Shown piece by piece: positions 47,301-47,888 of a stretch of DNA of 47,888 nucleotides (the stretch's first letter is position 1; every line of letters begins with the position of its first letter). This DNA comes from a virus. Lineage: Duplodnaviria; Caudoviricetes. The stretch is from the IMG/VR virus record IMGVR_UViG_3300015263_000331, positions 1 to 47,888 of that record; one strand, given 5' to 3'. The notes below the pieces were generated by a model. That model saw nothing but the letters and a program-made list of their open reading frames with translations, made no database searches and had not been told where the DNA came from. A program made the translations under genes and the position numbers.

Positions 47301-47888
47301 CGGGCCAACAAGATATTTGACTTCCGTAACAAAGCGATCCGGCGCAGCTATTCCCGCTGGCTGCAACAGAACAACATCTACTCAGGAACCCGGCTGAATC
47401 AGGAACTGGCCAACGTTCAGAACGGCGATTGGGAGACGATCGAGAGGGGCGCTGTTCAGGCCTTCATCAAGGAGCGTGGCTACGATGCGTTCTACCTGAT
47501 GGAGCAGGGGTCTCTGAACCTTGGCTTGTTCGATCCCAGAAACATCAAGTCGGCAGTGGGGAACGCCGGGACCTTCCTGAATGGCACCGCAGACATGCTG
47601 CTGTCACTGGACCCGAACGAGGTGGGTAACGAGCTGAGCCGTCGCCTTAATCTGTACCAGTTGCTGGCTCATCTGCAGAAGACCACCACTGCCGATTCCA
47701 CCTTGAAGGCGGTGCGGGCGCACATCAATGAAGGACTGGATAAGGGCCTGTTCGATCGTCGCGCCCTGAAGGCCCTGTCCGGCAAGGAAAATAGCGGAGC
47801 TGAGATCATACGAAAGATTAAGGCCTCGATCCGTGCCGGTGCCCCGATCACTGCGCGAACAGCGCTGTCACGCACGGTGGTCAACAAC
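41352..47888 (+). CDS. Giant polyvalent / internal virion protein, at least 2179 aa, truncated at the right edge
   Basis: ATG 41352; same frame spot-translated at 42843, 43623, 45423 and 47043. Contains an InPase-like domain (~42843-43180), an ART-like domain (~43640-44050), an EEVQSD domain (~44930-46650) and an ART-PolyVal-like domain (FRKWFGNS...FYHGS...GYDAF...FDPRNIKSAVGN, ~47050-47580). Every codon was not checked. Confidence 0.85.
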   Translation, partial: MDKDYSSFAEDKTYTQETEAPPLTASAALEIPESSDYYSSFSSDIDYTKGPEPAQGAPGEEPSFLKNLVAEWGVGSGQLAQGIGQLMDDWLGWKSGAEFVRNAGQRAEEYWKGSIPEDEWNRIEKETQKNFMTLKDEGDWWNPMDWERGDMGLEGLLYMGMQSMPATVATMPIAGLGGKLGMAAISKIPGVSKLITTSKVGKLAEAAGGSAEAIKAGKRADKILNRIQGTLMGTTYGGAEGAISAGQTGYQINQQVDNMRFEDLLLKSDYARNVYEAHIAEGMDPEEAANQTREMVKEKARSDAMWKTMVTTSALGAPMGMFFSSVLLRTPWAKAFASGKVAGLVEGAAGEAAQETLQSAFEQYWQNEATQKYADKTIKLSDGVFEAALTGGIVGGVLGGAFGVAGTPTKAQAQREETRTQNLKDNLKVEVHSRLAASSLMQNYGKTPEQATEIITPIMQRYSETRNLVEAAADLKFLEMTGRTRERGLDNVGQAQPDYGDLDVSVEEEAGQERNGHTLKYPAGKINGTVGADGMNVDIVGPGTGNRIYIAEKLAPDGTFEQHKVLYGFENEEQAMDAFYSTWGRDDADNLGNLTEVNNQELNDALARWTRDYGTELGPATDEPLTPEEDLALRKDEDLQVGIEDVQSQLDYVQNEDGSYPTEAEPLLNRLKVLQEEKQRRINSGEWQQEAGVEQPVEQGEQGSQPEGENQATTQVSEEAPRGTEGGETPLSLREGGRTMRGPYPERIRPSEAAGAGERAVDVDFLHLSREPDLQVLKGEKASTSAVRRTRAKVGREATANRVYIYAQQEKAMGGRSVSGNESVVSRASDQVYSGTATNLYDFDADPLNLLQGAKMPSESMEAAILKAGYDGWYYEKFPKIHGGMGVILNKDVAAMYHGRAQKVKELLREPSMFQHLVAWETIPGSASPFAAATSLLTPAEAQVLNEKLLLGVVIQKDLRSDMLASAMGLPSRLLLQRWGGYSGKVMPSMQVGLDSALQANLYSAAIKLIYQQDAVPWMHATPKGDRDGIEIELDRTPTQKQLEAFQRELEKNLGQFVGFTVMPDGRIMVGNYDENVSRAQFVARVDRSAAVLPSGTMTSFKFEGAYRDESQQETKELALRWASEAGSPNLQEWISTAQARAAKAAGEFFSSLPRSHAARQAYENSAVTPLSLLPEEFQLTPPDEEAEAEYKDPFYSALLRTVEEGSQRGMPKKGAKAIKEWLLAAQRKGLFKKEEYDWLDLDRVFEDYSEVGAPEMKRQDLLDYVKRNQVRIEDSFAGAPDRAAFRPYDIALGDLLDYIYTLSATSGINESALKMWANGTDVGGIEAIPEHQRNELLRRHEKFIQLEAQSIERGLKTDRPATKYEEYSLAGGRNARELLLVVPGIGEWGDGHIWNQDGRKRAVVHVRFNDRINSEGGRTLFIEEVQSDRHQAGRKEGYQAPDLSRKNRALREQLTRVGRGIDKIVKENNNLGFDNSAEAQLSLVSRMRHVGRGEGIRLHNTVFGFELNTTEEAAQLGDLLWEAKRLRRLLDDVESQQRIGVPPTPFMKTQTWAMVAMKRMIRYAAENGYDAVAWTPGDVQNERYGLERSIDAIRYKPTEGYLYIEYSNGNEDVEELSATEIEEGMGIAGQVPEWMRIEMSSSIDQAHQDAEYYYEPTLLKDTDYIGEVADQQGFDQEDYEPEGYVIINNSGDVERTYDGQIEWFEDEEEARKWALEKVEASDDGLIIWGDEEDKVGGEGMRGFYDDILVNEVQKFVKKWGAQVRPFGTAIDTEETFGDEIAGDISDEALRVAFEENQTVDMEGNAWGLSFEGPEGVHLLKMTPDLVEAAMGGFPLFSLGPDAKPSDQARAREHAERLYNRPDWTVINKEVDASVAGAVTPEEIQDAMEEFTLMGTMSRYFRKWFGNSQTVDAFGQPIVFYHGSGEGMIGRFLPNQRGQIFVSTNPAFAGAFAEVNSMTYGWSVDEEDPNYTRAAPTIYPLYVRANKIFDFRNKAIRRSYSRWLQQNNIYSGTRLNQELANVQNGDWETIERGAVQAFIKERGYDAFYLMEQGSLNLGLFDPRNIKSAVGNAGTFLNGTADMLLSLDPNEVGNELSRRLNLYQLLAHLQKTTTADSTLKAVRAHINEGLDKGLFDRRALKALSGKENSGAEIIRKIKASIRAGAPITARTALSRTVVNN

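Noticed and set aside
41455-47888. Apparent gene-poor region with scattered short ORFs
   Set aside because: Artefact of the track; a single plus-strand frame from 41352 covers it.

Overview
The window is part of a tailed-phage genome, podovirus-like (no tape-measure or sheath genes seen), infecting a Gram-negative host (spanins, sigma70-type promoters). Divergent promoters at about 2425-2551 split it in two. The leftward early transcript (minus strand, about 2418 to beyond base 1) has a structured non-coding leader and four complete type II hammerhead ribozymes with loop I/3'-tail pseudoknots. Each ribozyme lies just upstream of an identical CAGAGGAG ribosome-binding site, so the early mRNA should cut itself into gene-sized units; this is the main finding. 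The rightward arm carries RusA and small accessory genes, then portal, scaffold, N4-gp56-like major capsid, adaptor and nozzle, a large tail-fibre region, an M15 endolysin/holin/spanin cassette and ejection-type proteins. It ends with a polyvalent protein of at least 2179 aa (InPase-like and ADP-ribosyltransferase-like domains) that runs off the right edge and is absent from the ORF track. No terminase, integrase, polymerase, tRNA or CRISPR array was recognised. All protein calls come from motif recognition and gene order, not database searches.
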